A stretch of DNA of 43,250 bases from Bryobacterales bacterium (lineage in GTDB: Bacteria > Acidobacteriota > Terriglobia > Bryobacterales > Bryobacteraceae): positions 1 through 43,250 of the forward strand of contig JBBQQS010000001.1 in NCBI GenBank assembly GCA_038215525.1, written 5' to 3'. The position numbers were made by a program, and so were the translations under genes. Below are positions 9,149 through 17,319 of the stretch, one piece after another. Under the pieces are notes generated by a model that saw only the letters and a list, made by a program, of their open reading frames with translations, had not been told where the DNA came from and did no database searches. Each line of letters begins with the position of its first letter. The first letter of the stretch is position 1.

Positions 9149-10207
9149 CTATTTTGCCAGGAATGGCCACTGCGATAGGAGGCGATAGCCGAACTTGACG
9201 ACCATCAGCCAGACGGTGATTCCACCAGTCAAGACCAGGGGCAGGCCGATGAAGAGGATGATTTTGCCCCAGGGGAAACTCTTGCCTTCGCGCTTCAGGG
9301 TAAGGATCCAACCCGCGAAGATACCCACGAAATAAAGCAATATCATGGGCAGCGAGAAGATCATTAGGTTGACCACGTCGGGCGTGGGAGTGACGACTGC
9401 GGCGAGGACGACGATGGCGAGGATGGCGTAGCGTGAGTGTTCGATCAGGAACCGGGGCGTCGTAATTCTCAGCATGATCAGGAAAAAGATCAGGATGGGA
9501 ATTTCAAAAACGATACCCACGCCGAGGGTAACATTGATGAATAGATCTAGATATTCAACGATGGAGATTAATGGCTCGATCTTGATATCCTTGCCGACAC
9601 CCAGGAGAAACTTGAGGCCGAAGCGGAAGGCAACGAAGTAGGCGAAGAGGCCGCCACTGATGAAGAGGCCGGCGGAAGTAAGGACGAAGGGGGCGGCAAA
9701 ACGGCGCTCGCGTTGGTAGAGCCCTGGGGCGACGAAGCTCCAGATTTGCCAAAGGATCCAGGGCGAGGCGATGAAGATTGACGCCAAAAGGGGCAGCTTC
9801 ACGTAAATCGTCATGAATCCGTCGATGGGACTTTGTTGGATCAGGCGCGGCGCGAAACCTAACTCGCTAAGTGCGGTGGTGGCGGGTTGCTGCACCAGGA
9901 TCCACATTTGCGGGGCAAAGAAAAGAGCCAGCATGAAGGCGACGCCCAAACCGGCCAAGCACTTGAGTAAGCGGCTGCGAAGCTCTTCGAGATGTTCGAG
10001 AAACGACATGCGGAGCATGCCGTCGTCGTCATCGTCGTCGTCAGCGCGGGAGCCGGAAGAGCCTGAGGGAGGTGGAGCGTTGCCGCCAACCACCGCGGGT
10101 AAATTGACGCCGGCCGAATGATCGACCGGCGTCGCAATGACAGCATGATGATCGTCGTGATAAGCGTCGACGTCAGGAACAATAGACGGCTTGATTTCTT
10201 CCGGCAT
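9149..10207 (-). CDS. tatC: Twin-arginine translocase subunit TatC (with a possible ~63-aa acidic N-terminal extension)
   Basis: Canonical TatC start motif MSFLEHLEELRSRLLK followed by six TM helices. The longest ORF adds an N-terminal region ending in a DDDDDDD run. Alternative starts exist at 10018 and 10009. Confidence 0.9.
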   Translation of the reverse strand: MPEEIKPSIVPDVDAYHDDHHAVIATPVDHSAGVNLPAVVGGNAPPPSGSSGSRADDDDDDDGMLRMSFLEHLEELRSRLLKCLAGLGVAFMLALFFAPQMWILVQQPATTALSELGFAPRLIQQSPIDGFMTIYVKLPLLASIFIASPWILWQIWSFVAPGLYQRERRFAAPFVLTSAGLFISGGLFAYFVAFRFGLKFLLGVGKDIKIEPLISIVEYLDLFINVTLGVGIVFEIPILIFFLIMLRITTPRFLIEHSRYAILAIVVLAAVVTPTPDVVNLMIFSLPMILLYFVGIFAGWILTLKREGKSFPWGKIILFIGLPLVLTGGITVWLMVVKFGYRLLSQWPFLAK

Positions 10208-10242
10208 AAATAACCCAGCGCTTTACGAAGCCCGATTTCCGC

Positions 10243-10773
10243 CTAAGCTACCACCGCCGGCCCGCGTGGTTTACGCGGAGCGGGCTCGCCTTCAGGAGTG
10301 GCGGATCCCACGGGAACCGTCCCTTCGAGGGGAGCAGGCGAAGCAGCATCGGAAGCGGCAATCGAGTTATCAGCGCCCTGGGTTGCGGAAGCGCTTACGG
10401 TGTCAGCGGTCGTTTCGGGAGCAGCGATTTCCGCTTTAGCGACGGATTCCGCGCCGTACGTGTAACTGTCGTAGTTATCGTAGTAGGCGTCATTGCCATA
10501 GCCACTATTGTGGTAATGGTCATGAGGTAAGTCGTTGGTCGAGGTGTTGATCTCGTCCACGTGCTTCTGGACTTCGTTCTTAACGGAAGAGCTCTCCCGT
10601 TCGATCGCCTGCATTTCGCGGTCGAACGTGTATTTCAGCTCGTCTCGAGCGCGGCGGAATTCGGTGAGCGCTTTACCGACGGTCTTGCCGAGTTCGGGTA
10701 ACTTTTTAGGTCCGAAAACGACAAGGGCAACGATAAAGATGACAATCATCTCTTGAACGCCAATGGGGCCCAT
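10243..10773 (-). CDS. tatA: Twin-arginine translocase TatA/TatB-family protein (176 aa, long low-complexity tail)
   Basis: MGPIGVQEMIVIFIVALVVFGPKKLPELGKTVGKALTEFRRARDE is a canonical TatA/E N-terminus. GGAGG lies 7 nt upstream of the ATG (complement of 10771-10773). The track's 508-aa ORF is an artefactual upstream extension. Confidence 0.9.
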   Translation of the reverse strand: MGPIGVQEMIVIFIVALVVFGPKKLPELGKTVGKALTEFRRARDELKYTFDREMQAIERESSSVKNEVQKHVDEINTSTNDLPHDHYHNSGYGNDAYYDNYDSYTYGAESVAKAEIAAPETTADTVSASATQGADNSIAASDAASPAPLEGTVPVGSATPEGEPAPRKPRGPAVVA

Positions 10774-10833
10774 CGAATACCTCCTTCGCTCCTGATTGTA
10801 GCGCAGGCTCGCGCCTGATATGATGCCCTCGCG

Positions 10834-12219
10834 ATGACACGTGAATTCTCGAGGCGACGTTTCCTGTTCGAAGCTGGGGGTGGGCTGGGCGGATTGGCCC
10901 TGGGGCAGATGATGGCGGCCGACCATCAGCCGGGGCCGCACTTTGCGCCGCGGGCGAAAGCGGTGATCTCGCTTTTCATGATGGGCGGCGTGTCGCAGGT
11001 GGATACGTTCGACCGCAAGCCGATGCTCGAAAAGTACGCGGGCCAGCCGCTGTCGGGCAAAGGCGACGTCGTCGTGCGGCAGGGCCATCCGGGGCCGCTG
11101 ATGCCGAGCCCGTTTACGTTCCAGCGCTACGGCCAGAGTGGCCTCGAAGTGTCGGAGCTGTTTCCCAAAATCGGCGCGCGGGCCGATGATTTGGCTTTGA
11201 TCCGCTCGGTGGTGTCGAAGTCGAACGACCATGTGCAGGCGGCTTACGCTTTGTCGAGCGGCGTGATTCGGATGGGGCATCCGAGCCTGGGCTCCTGGGT
11301 GACTTATGGGTTGGGCTCGGAGTCGCGGAATCTGCCGGGCTTCGTGGTGATCTACGATGCGCGGGGCGGCCCGTTCGGTGGGCCTTCGAACTGGTCGGCC
11401 GGATTCATGCCCGCGGCTTACCAGGGCACAGTGTTTCGCTCGGCGGCGGACCCCATCTTCGACCTGCGCCCAAACGCCGGTGTGTCGACAGAAGAGCAGC
11501 GGGCGCGCTTGACGCTGCTGGGCAAGCTGAACGGCTTGGACGCGGCGCAGCGGGCCTCCGATAGCGAGTTGGCGGCGCGGATTGAGAGCTATGAGCTGGC
11601 ATTCCGGATGCAAGCGACGGCGCCCGAAGCCGTCGACATTACGGCCGAGACGCCGGCGACGCGCAAGCTCTATGGGATGGACGATGCGATTACCGAGCCT
11701 TTTGGACGGCAGTGCCTGATGGCGCGGCGGATGGTGGAGCGCGGGGTGCGCTTCGTGCAGCTTTATCACGGGGGCCTAGGCAATCAGAACACCGATACGT
11801 GGGACGCGCATGAGGACGTCCGGACGAACCACACGAAGCATGCGGCCGAGGTGGATACGCCGATTGCCGGTTTGCTCGATGACCTGAAGGCGCGCGGCTT
11901 GCTCGACTCGACCTTGGTGACCTGGCACGGCGAGTTTGGGCGGATGCCGATTTCGCAGCGCGGCCTGGGGAGGGATCATAACCCGGGGGCGATGTCGATG
12001 TGGATGGCGGGGGCGAAGATCAAGGGGGGGCAAGTGATTGGGTCCACCGATGAGTTCGGGTATAAGGCTGAGGAGCAGCCGGTTTCGGTACACGATCTGC
12101 ATGCGACGATCCTCCATTTGATGGGCCTCGATCACACGAGGCTGACGTATCGGCAGAGCGGCCGGGATATGCGCTTGACGGATGTCTACGGCGAGGTGGT
12201 TAAGCAAATTGTTAGTTAA
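10834..12219 (+). CDS. DUF1501 domain protein (sulfatase/alkaline-phosphatase-like fold), Tat signal
   Basis: Tat signal SRRRFLFEAGGGLGGLALG. Also AVISLFMMGGVSQVDTFD, TWDAHED, WHGEFGRMP and GRDHNPGAMSMWMAG, which are typical DUF1501 blocks. Confidence 0.85.
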   Translation: MTREFSRRRFLFEAGGGLGGLALGQMMAADHQPGPHFAPRAKAVISLFMMGGVSQVDTFDRKPMLEKYAGQPLSGKGDVVVRQGHPGPLMPSPFTFQRYGQSGLEVSELFPKIGARADDLALIRSVVSKSNDHVQAAYALSSGVIRMGHPSLGSWVTYGLGSESRNLPGFVVIYDARGGPFGGPSNWSAGFMPAAYQGTVFRSAADPIFDLRPNAGVSTEEQRARLTLLGKLNGLDAAQRASDSELAARIESYELAFRMQATAPEAVDITAETPATRKLYGMDDAITEPFGRQCLMARRMVERGVRFVQLYHGGLGNQNTDTWDAHEDVRTNHTKHAAEVDTPIAGLLDDLKARGLLDSTLVTWHGEFGRMPISQRGLGRDHNPGAMSMWMAGAKIKGGQVIGSTDEFGYKAEEQPVSVHDLHATILHLMGLDHTRLTYRQSGRDMRLTDVYGEVVKQIVS

Positions 12220-12273
12220 CTTTTCATAAAAATCACGAGTCCTAGGGGCGGGTCGATACGTCCTAGCAGATTC

Positions 12274-13212
12274 ATGCCTTTTCTAACCTTTCTTCTACTC
12301 GTGGCGTTGTGGGCCGTTCCGATGGCTTTCGGGGAGTCGATCAGCGGAAGGCTGGTGGACGTACAAGGCGTCGCGGTGTCCGGCGCGCAAGTGAAGCTAC
12401 TTGAGCGGATCGCGGTGTCAGAGGACAACGGGGCGTTCAGCTTATCCGAGGTGGCGACGGGGCCGTTTCGGCTGGAGTTCACCGCGAAAGGCTTCGCCGC
12501 AAAGACCATCATCGGCGAACTCAGTGCGGGGCAAAGCTTGACGCTGCCCGACACAGTGCTGATCGTGGACAAGTTCACCACCTCGGTAAATGTGACCCAG
12601 ACGCAGGTGGAGATCGCGCAGGAGCAGATCCGGGAGGCGGAGAAGCAGCGGATTGGCGGCCTGGTGCCGAACTTTTTCGCGAACTACAATCCGGACGCGG
12701 CGCCGCTGACGACGAAACAGAAGTTCGAGCTGACCTGGAAGACGCTGCTGGACCCTTCGACGTTCGTCATTACCGGCATCGCGGCCGGGGTGGACCAGGC
12801 GCGCAATACGCGCAAAGGCTTTGGCCAAGGGGCGCAAGGCTACGCCAAACGCTACGGGGCGTCGTACCTGGACTTCGCGACGACCTTGGCGATCGAAAAG
12901 GTGATCATGACGACGGTGTTTAAGCAGGACCCGCGCTATTTTGCCAAGTCGACCGGCAGCAAATGGTCACGGGTGGGTTGGGCGGTGAGCCGGAGCGTGA
13001 TCTGCCAAGGCGATAACCGGAAGGCGCAGTTTTGTTACTCGACCATCGGCAGCCGCTTTGCGTCGGGCTTTCTGACGAACCGGTATTACCCGGCGGATTC
13101 CCGGAATAGCTCGAGCGTGATTGTCCAGAATTCGTTGATCGGCATTGGCGCGGAGGCCGCGGGAAATCTGTTTCAGGAGTTTTTGGCACGGAAGCTGATG
13201 CGGAAGAAGTGA
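12274..13212 (+). CDS. Carboxypeptidase-regulatory-like domain protein, exported, function unknown
   Basis: Signal peptide, then ISGRLVDVQGVAVSGAQVKLL...SEDNGAFSLSEVATGPFRLEFTAKGF, a CarboxypepD_reg-like beta-sandwich. Confidence 0.7.
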   Translation: MPFLTFLLLVALWAVPMAFGESISGRLVDVQGVAVSGAQVKLLERIAVSEDNGAFSLSEVATGPFRLEFTAKGFAAKTIIGELSAGQSLTLPDTVLIVDKFTTSVNVTQTQVEIAQEQIREAEKQRIGGLVPNFFANYNPDAAPLTTKQKFELTWKTLLDPSTFVITGIAAGVDQARNTRKGFGQGAQGYAKRYGASYLDFATTLAIEKVIMTTVFKQDPRYFAKSTGSKWSRVGWAVSRSVICQGDNRKAQFCYSTIGSRFASGFLTNRYYPADSRNSSSVIVQNSLIGIGAEAAGNLFQEFLARKLMRKK

Positions 13213-13307
13213 ATTGACGAAACGAACCCGGGAGTTGTTGATTCTAAAGCACCTCCGAAATTGACAGAACCCCCCCGATTGACAGAACCCCCGATTGGAA
13301 TCGGGGG
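13212..13307. repeat. Three imperfect direct copies of ATTGAC(A/G)(A)AAC..CCC, ending in the palindrome CCCCCGATT-GG-AATCGGGGG
   Basis: aattgacgaaacgaaccc at 13212-13229, aattgacagaaccccccc at 13259-13276, and gattgacagaaccccc at 13277-13292. The palindrome is at 13288-13307. Confidence 0.7.
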
Positions 13308-13397
13308 CTGTTGGAGAAAATAAGGGGGGATAGTTATAGGTTAGCATCCCGGAAAAAACGGATTGGCGGATGTATTTGATTCGATTGGGTTAATGGG

Positions 13398-14450
13398 TTG
13401 GGAATAGATAATCCACCCGTTCGGCTGCGGGTTCCATCCTTAGAAGGGATGACTTATGCTCGGGCGCGGTTGTGTTTGGGGATTGTGGGGGTGGGGCTGT
13501 GGGTGACGGTGTCGGCCGTGGGCCTGTGGATGGGTTCGTTTGGGCTTTGGGAATTGCTGGGGGTGTACTTGCTGGGGCAGGTGCCGCTGGACTATCTTGG
13601 GGGGTACTGGCTGCCTTTGCGGTACGGGCGGCGGAACGAGGGCAAGTTTTGGCGGCCGTATTTGCGGGGCGTGGCGGTGCAAACCGGGTTGCTGGTGTTT
13701 TTTGGCGGGTTGATCTTGGGATTGGGGGAGTACGGCGGGCGGGGGGCGGTGGTGCTGGGGCAGTTAACCTTGATGCTCGCGCTGCTGGAGTGGCAGTATC
13801 GATTGGCTTGGGGCGTCGCCGGCGTATTGGGGCTGGATTTGGGATATACGGGTGGCATTGCCGGAGTGCCGGGCCGGGAGCAGATGGTGGTGCCTCTTAC
13901 CTGGGATGCCGGGGTACAGGAGGTGGTGTACCTGCGGCGACGGGCGGCGATTGCGAGTGGGAGCCGGACGCGGGGGGTGGGGGTAGCAATCGTCTGGAAT
14001 TTGGTGGGATTTCAGCTGGCGTCGTTCCTGCCGGGGGCGGGGGTGGCCGGGGCAGAGGAGTTGGCGCGGACGGTGTTAGGTTTTGGGCTGTGGAGCTTTC
14101 TAGGAGTGCTGGTGCTGCCGACGGTGAGCCGGTGGGGAGTCTTTGAGGTGGATCAGGCGGCGAAGAGCTTAGGTCTTGAGGAGCCGGCGTTTTCGATGAC
14201 GGCGCGAGACTTGGACCGGCGGCAGGACTTTGAGCCGCAGCGGTCGCCTGGGGTGGAGGCGATCTTTCATCCGCTGCCGAGTGTGGAGAGCCGGATTGAG
14301 CGGTTTCGGGACGAGCGGGCGGGGCCGGGGGCGTGGAATGCGGCGCGGTATGCGTTGTATCTGGCTTGGCCGTGTTTGGGTTTGCTGAGCCGGGCGGTGC
14401 ATTGCAACGTGGGCCGGCCGGATTTATGGGTGTTTTTGCCGGTTGAGTAG
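13398..14450 (+). CDS. Polytopic membrane protein; the C-terminal part resembles M48 (HtpX/Ste24) peptidases but lacks HExxH
   Basis: Multiple hydrophobic helices. SRWGVFEVDQAAKSLG ... IFHPLPSVESRIERF parallels SRTREFSADYAAAKF ... STHPPTQDRIARL of the genuine HtpX at 15793-16674. No HExxH is present anywhere. TTG start at 13398, with an alternative ATG at 13449. Confidence 0.6.
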   Translation: MGIDNPPVRLRVPSLEGMTYARARLCLGIVGVGLWVTVSAVGLWMGSFGLWELLGVYLLGQVPLDYLGGYWLPLRYGRRNEGKFWRPYLRGVAVQTGLLVFFGGLILGLGEYGGRGAVVLGQLTLMLALLEWQYRLAWGVAGVLGLDLGYTGGIAGVPGREQMVVPLTWDAGVQEVVYLRRRAAIASGSRTRGVGVAIVWNLVGFQLASFLPGAGVAGAEELARTVLGFGLWSFLGVLVLPTVSRWGVFEVDQAAKSLGLEEPAFSMTARDLDRRQDFEPQRSPGVEAIFHPLPSVESRIERFRDERAGPGAWNAARYALYLAWPCLGLLSRAVHCNVGRPDLWVFLPVE

Positions 14451-14459
14451 GGGCGCTGG

Positions 14460-15149
14460 CTAGCGGCCGGTGCGGGCGGAGGTGACGCGGTCGACGAGCT
14501 GTTTGAAGGCGGCAGGGTCCATGCCGCTGCCTTCGAGTTTGAACTTGTAGGTGTCGCCTTCAAAGGGTCGCACTTCGAGCTGGTAGGGGTTGGGCAGGCG
14601 GATCTCTTTGATGGAACGGTATTCCCAGCGACGCGAGGCTTTGACGTCGCTAATGGACTCGTAGCTGACCATGTCGTCGCCGACGAGGAGGCGGCCCTCG
14701 GTGCTGCCAAGGCGCTTATCGTGCACCACTTGGTAGGAGGCGGCTTCTTTGGCGGTCTTGGCCAAGGTGGCTTTGGGTGCGGCGGTGGACAGGTCGGCGG
14801 TGGCGGTGGTAGAGGCGTACCAACTGGTGACCGGCGCGGTCTCTACCCCGGCGGGTACGCGGAAGCTCAACTGCCGAACCTCGCCAGAACGGTTGCGGAC
14901 GGTCTCCCGCGTCTGGACGGTGATGGTGGGGCCTTCGGCGGTGAGCGATTGGACGGCGGAGCGGGCGATGACAAAGGAACTCTCCGGTTGCTGATCGTCG
15001 TAGAAGACGAGGGAGTTGCCGAGCAGGAGCAGCTTGCCGGTGGCGGTGCCGAAGGGGACCGCGTGTTCGACGACGAGGGCTTTGTTAGGGGTGGGCGCTT
15101 GGGCGCAGAGAGAGAGGGCAAGGCAGGTGAGCAAGAGGGGGTATCGCAA
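14460..15149 (-). CDS. Secreted hypothetical protein
   Basis: Signal peptide MRYPLLLTCLALSLCAQAP. 229 aa with two similar halves (LLLLGNSLVFYDD... and GRLLVGDDMVSYES...). Confidence 0.6.
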   Translation of the reverse strand: MRYPLLLTCLALSLCAQAPTPNKALVVEHAVPFGTATGKLLLLGNSLVFYDDQQPESSFVIARSAVQSLTAEGPTITVQTRETVRNRSGEVRQLSFRVPAGVETAPVTSWYASTTATADLSTAAPKATLAKTAKEAASYQVVHDKRLGSTEGRLLVGDDMVSYESISDVKASRRWEYRSIKEIRLPNPYQLEVRPFEGDTYKFKLEGSGMDPAAFKQLVDRVTSARTGR

Positions 15150-15221
15150 ACGGGTCTCCTTGGTTTCATCTTAGCGGAGTAATGCGGCGACTGGGTTACG
15201 GGAATTTGCCAGCGGTGGAGG

Positions 15222-15791
15222 TTGAGCGAGAATTCTTCTATGGATATTTCGGTTCGATTGGTGAATGCGGTACAGGCCCGGGAGTTGGCGCGAGGGTTGG
15301 CTGGGGTGTTGATGGACTGTGTGGAGGGTGGCGCGTCGGTGAGCTTTATGGCGCCGCTCTACCAGGAGAAAGCGGAGGCATTTTGGCTGGGGGTGGCCGA
15401 CGGGGTGGCGGCAGGGGAGCGGATGTTGCTGGTGGCGGAGGACGACGAGGGGCGCGTGGTGGGGACCGTGCAGATCGTGCTGCGGCAGCCGGAGAATCAG
15501 CCCCACCGGGCCGATGTGACAAAGATGCTGGTGCATCGGGCGGCCCGGCGGCAGGGCATTGGCGAGAAGCTGATGCGGATGGCCGAGGATGCGGCGTTCT
15601 TGGCCCGCAAGACCTTGTTGGTGCTGGATACCGCCAGCGGTGACGCGGAGCGGTTATATGAGCGGTTGGACTGGGTGCGCGTGGGTGTGGTGCCTGGGTT
15701 CGCTCTGCTGCCCAATGGCGAGCCTTGCGACACGTGTTTCTACTATAAAGCCCTATCCAAGACTAATTGCCAGGAGCGCTTGATGGGTTAG
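15222..15791 (+). CDS. GNAT family N-acetyltransferase
   Basis: VHRAARRQGIGEKLMRMAE is the acetyl-CoA binding motif (R/Q-x-x-G-x-G/A). The length is typical. Confidence 0.8.
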   Translation: MSENSSMDISVRLVNAVQARELARGLAGVLMDCVEGGASVSFMAPLYQEKAEAFWLGVADGVAAGERMLLVAEDDEGRVVGTVQIVLRQPENQPHRADVTKMLVHRAARRQGIGEKLMRMAEDAAFLARKTLLVLDTASGDAERLYERLDWVRVGVVPGFALLPNGEPCDTCFYYKALSKTNCQERLMG

Positions 15792-15792
15792 T

Positions 15793-16674
15793 CTACAGCG
15801 CTTGACCGCGATAGCTGGCGAGGCGGGCGATGCGATCCTGGGTTGGCGGATGGGTGGAGAAGAGTTTGGAGAACCAGGCGGTGGCCACGGGCGGGATGAT
15901 GTACATGTGCGACATGGCCGGGGTGGACGACTCCATCGGAATGCGCTGGCTCCACGTTTCGAGCTTACCCAAACCGGAGATCAGGCCTTCGGGCGAGCCG
16001 GTGAACTTGGCCGCCGCGTAGTCCGCGCTGAATTCGCGCGTGCGGGAGATAGCCATCTGGATCACTCCGGCGGCCATGGGGGCCAGGATCATCATGGCCA
16101 ACGCGCCCACCATGCCACCGCCGCCCGAGTCCTCGTCGTCGTCATGACGGCGGGGGCCCATAAACATCAGCATATTGCCCATAAAGGAGATCGCCGTGGC
16201 GACCGTGGCGGCGATGGAACTGATGAGGATATCGCGGTTCTTAATGTGGCCCAGTTCGTGGGCGATAACGGCCTCCACCTCGCGGTCGCTCATCAGGTCG
16301 AGCAGCCCGGCGGAGACGGCGACAGAAGAGTGCGCCGGGTTACGGCCGGTGGCGAAGGCGTTGGGCGAAGCCTCGGGCAGCACCCAGAGCTTCGGCATCG
16401 GGAGGCCCATGCGCTGGCAAAGCTGCGAGGTCATGGGGCCGATGCGGGAAAAGATATCAGCGTTCTCAGATTCGCTCACCCGGACGGCGCCGCTTGAGCG
16501 GAGGGCCATTTTCTCCGAAAAGAAATAGCTAAAGAAATTCATGCCCACGGCGATAACCAACGCGATGGCCATGCCTTGTTGTCCGCCGGCCAAACGTCCA
16601 GCGAAAATCAGCAAACCACTCAGGGCACCAAGCAGGAGGGCGGTCTTAATTGCGTTCATGGGTCTCTCTTCCAC
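15793..16674 (-). CDS. htpX: Zinc metalloprotease HtpX (M48 family)
   Basis: HELGHIKNRD zinc motif, downstream SRTREFSAD, C-terminal STHPPTQDRIARL, and four TM segments. Confidence 0.9.
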   Translation of the reverse strand: MEERPMNAIKTALLLGALSGLLIFAGRLAGGQQGMAIALVIAVGMNFFSYFFSEKMALRSSGAVRVSESENADIFSRIGPMTSQLCQRMGLPMPKLWVLPEASPNAFATGRNPAHSSVAVSAGLLDLMSDREVEAVIAHELGHIKNRDILISSIAATVATAISFMGNMLMFMGPRRHDDDEDSGGGGMVGALAMMILAPMAAGVIQMAISRTREFSADYAAAKFTGSPEGLISGLGKLETWSQRIPMESSTPAMSHMYIIPPVATAWFSKLFSTHPPTQDRIARLASYRGQAL

Positions 16675-16794
16675 CTAGTATGACGGATTCTTCATGAGTT
16701 AGGTTCCCCCAAGAAAAGTAAGGCGGACGGGCAATGGGACGCAGGTCTTTTGCCGATGGGCTTTCTTCACCGTACGGGCTAGACTTCTAACTGG

Positions 16795-17310
16795 ATGCAG
16801 TACTTGCGATCAGGAGTGCGGGAAGCTTTCGGGATGGGATGGGCGTTTGTCACGCTCAACCTGCCGCTATCGATCGTCTATCTGTACCATCCGGAGTCGC
16901 GCCAATGGTCGTTGATGGCGCTGCTGGCGATCCCGGGGCTGGTGTTGCCGGCGCTATGCGCGATGACGCGGCTTCATCGGCAACTCGCGGGCCCGGGGCT
17001 GTTGGGGAGCGTGTGCTTGCTGGGCGCCACGCTCGCCGCCTTAGGCCATCACGCCCTGTTGATGGCGCTGGCCCATGTGGGGATCTATCTAGGGGACCAT
17101 GCGGGCTTCACGCGCCTGCCGGCGGCCTTGCAAACCGACTTGAATTTCTGGAAGAAGCATTTTGCCGAGCAGCCGGGCTATTGGCTGCCGCCGATGAAGG
17201 ATATTGTGGACCTGGTAATGCTGTTCGGCATGGTCGCCGCGGTCACCACCGGTTGGCTCATCACCCGGCAGCGGATGACCCGGCCTGCCAACGGCTCGCG
17301 AATCGCTTAA
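16795..17310 (+). CDS. Hypothetical membrane protein
   Basis: 171-aa ORF with about 4 hydrophobic helices. No recognisable family. Confidence 0.5.
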   Translation: MQYLRSGVREAFGMGWAFVTLNLPLSIVYLYHPESRQWSLMALLAIPGLVLPALCAMTRLHRQLAGPGLLGSVCLLGATLAALGHHALLMALAHVGIYLGDHAGFTRLPAALQTDLNFWKKHFAEQPGYWLPPMKDIVDLVMLFGMVAAVTTGWLITRQRMTRPANGSRIA

Positions 17311-17319
17311 GATGCCTGA

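Noticed and set aside
10019-10045. GAC/GAT-rich run (plus strand gtcgtcgtcatcgtcgtcgtc), considered as a microsatellite
   Set aside because: If the long TatC start is used, it lies in frame within the ORF and encodes the poly-Asp run. It has only 7 units and there is no evidence of variability, so I treat it under the TatC finding instead.
10774-11769. Upstream 332 codons of the 508-aa minus-strand ORF that ends as tatA
   Set aside because: The Arg/His/Pro-rich translation is antisense to the well-supported DUF1501 gene. The TatA homology begins exactly at the internal Met (10773), which has a GGAGG ribosome-binding site.
13472-14146. 224-aa Gly/Arg/Ala-rich ORF in an alternative + frame inside the 13398-14450 membrane-protein gene
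   Set aside because: The translation is low-complexity. The overlapping frame encodes coherent TM helices and the M48-like C-terminal motifs.
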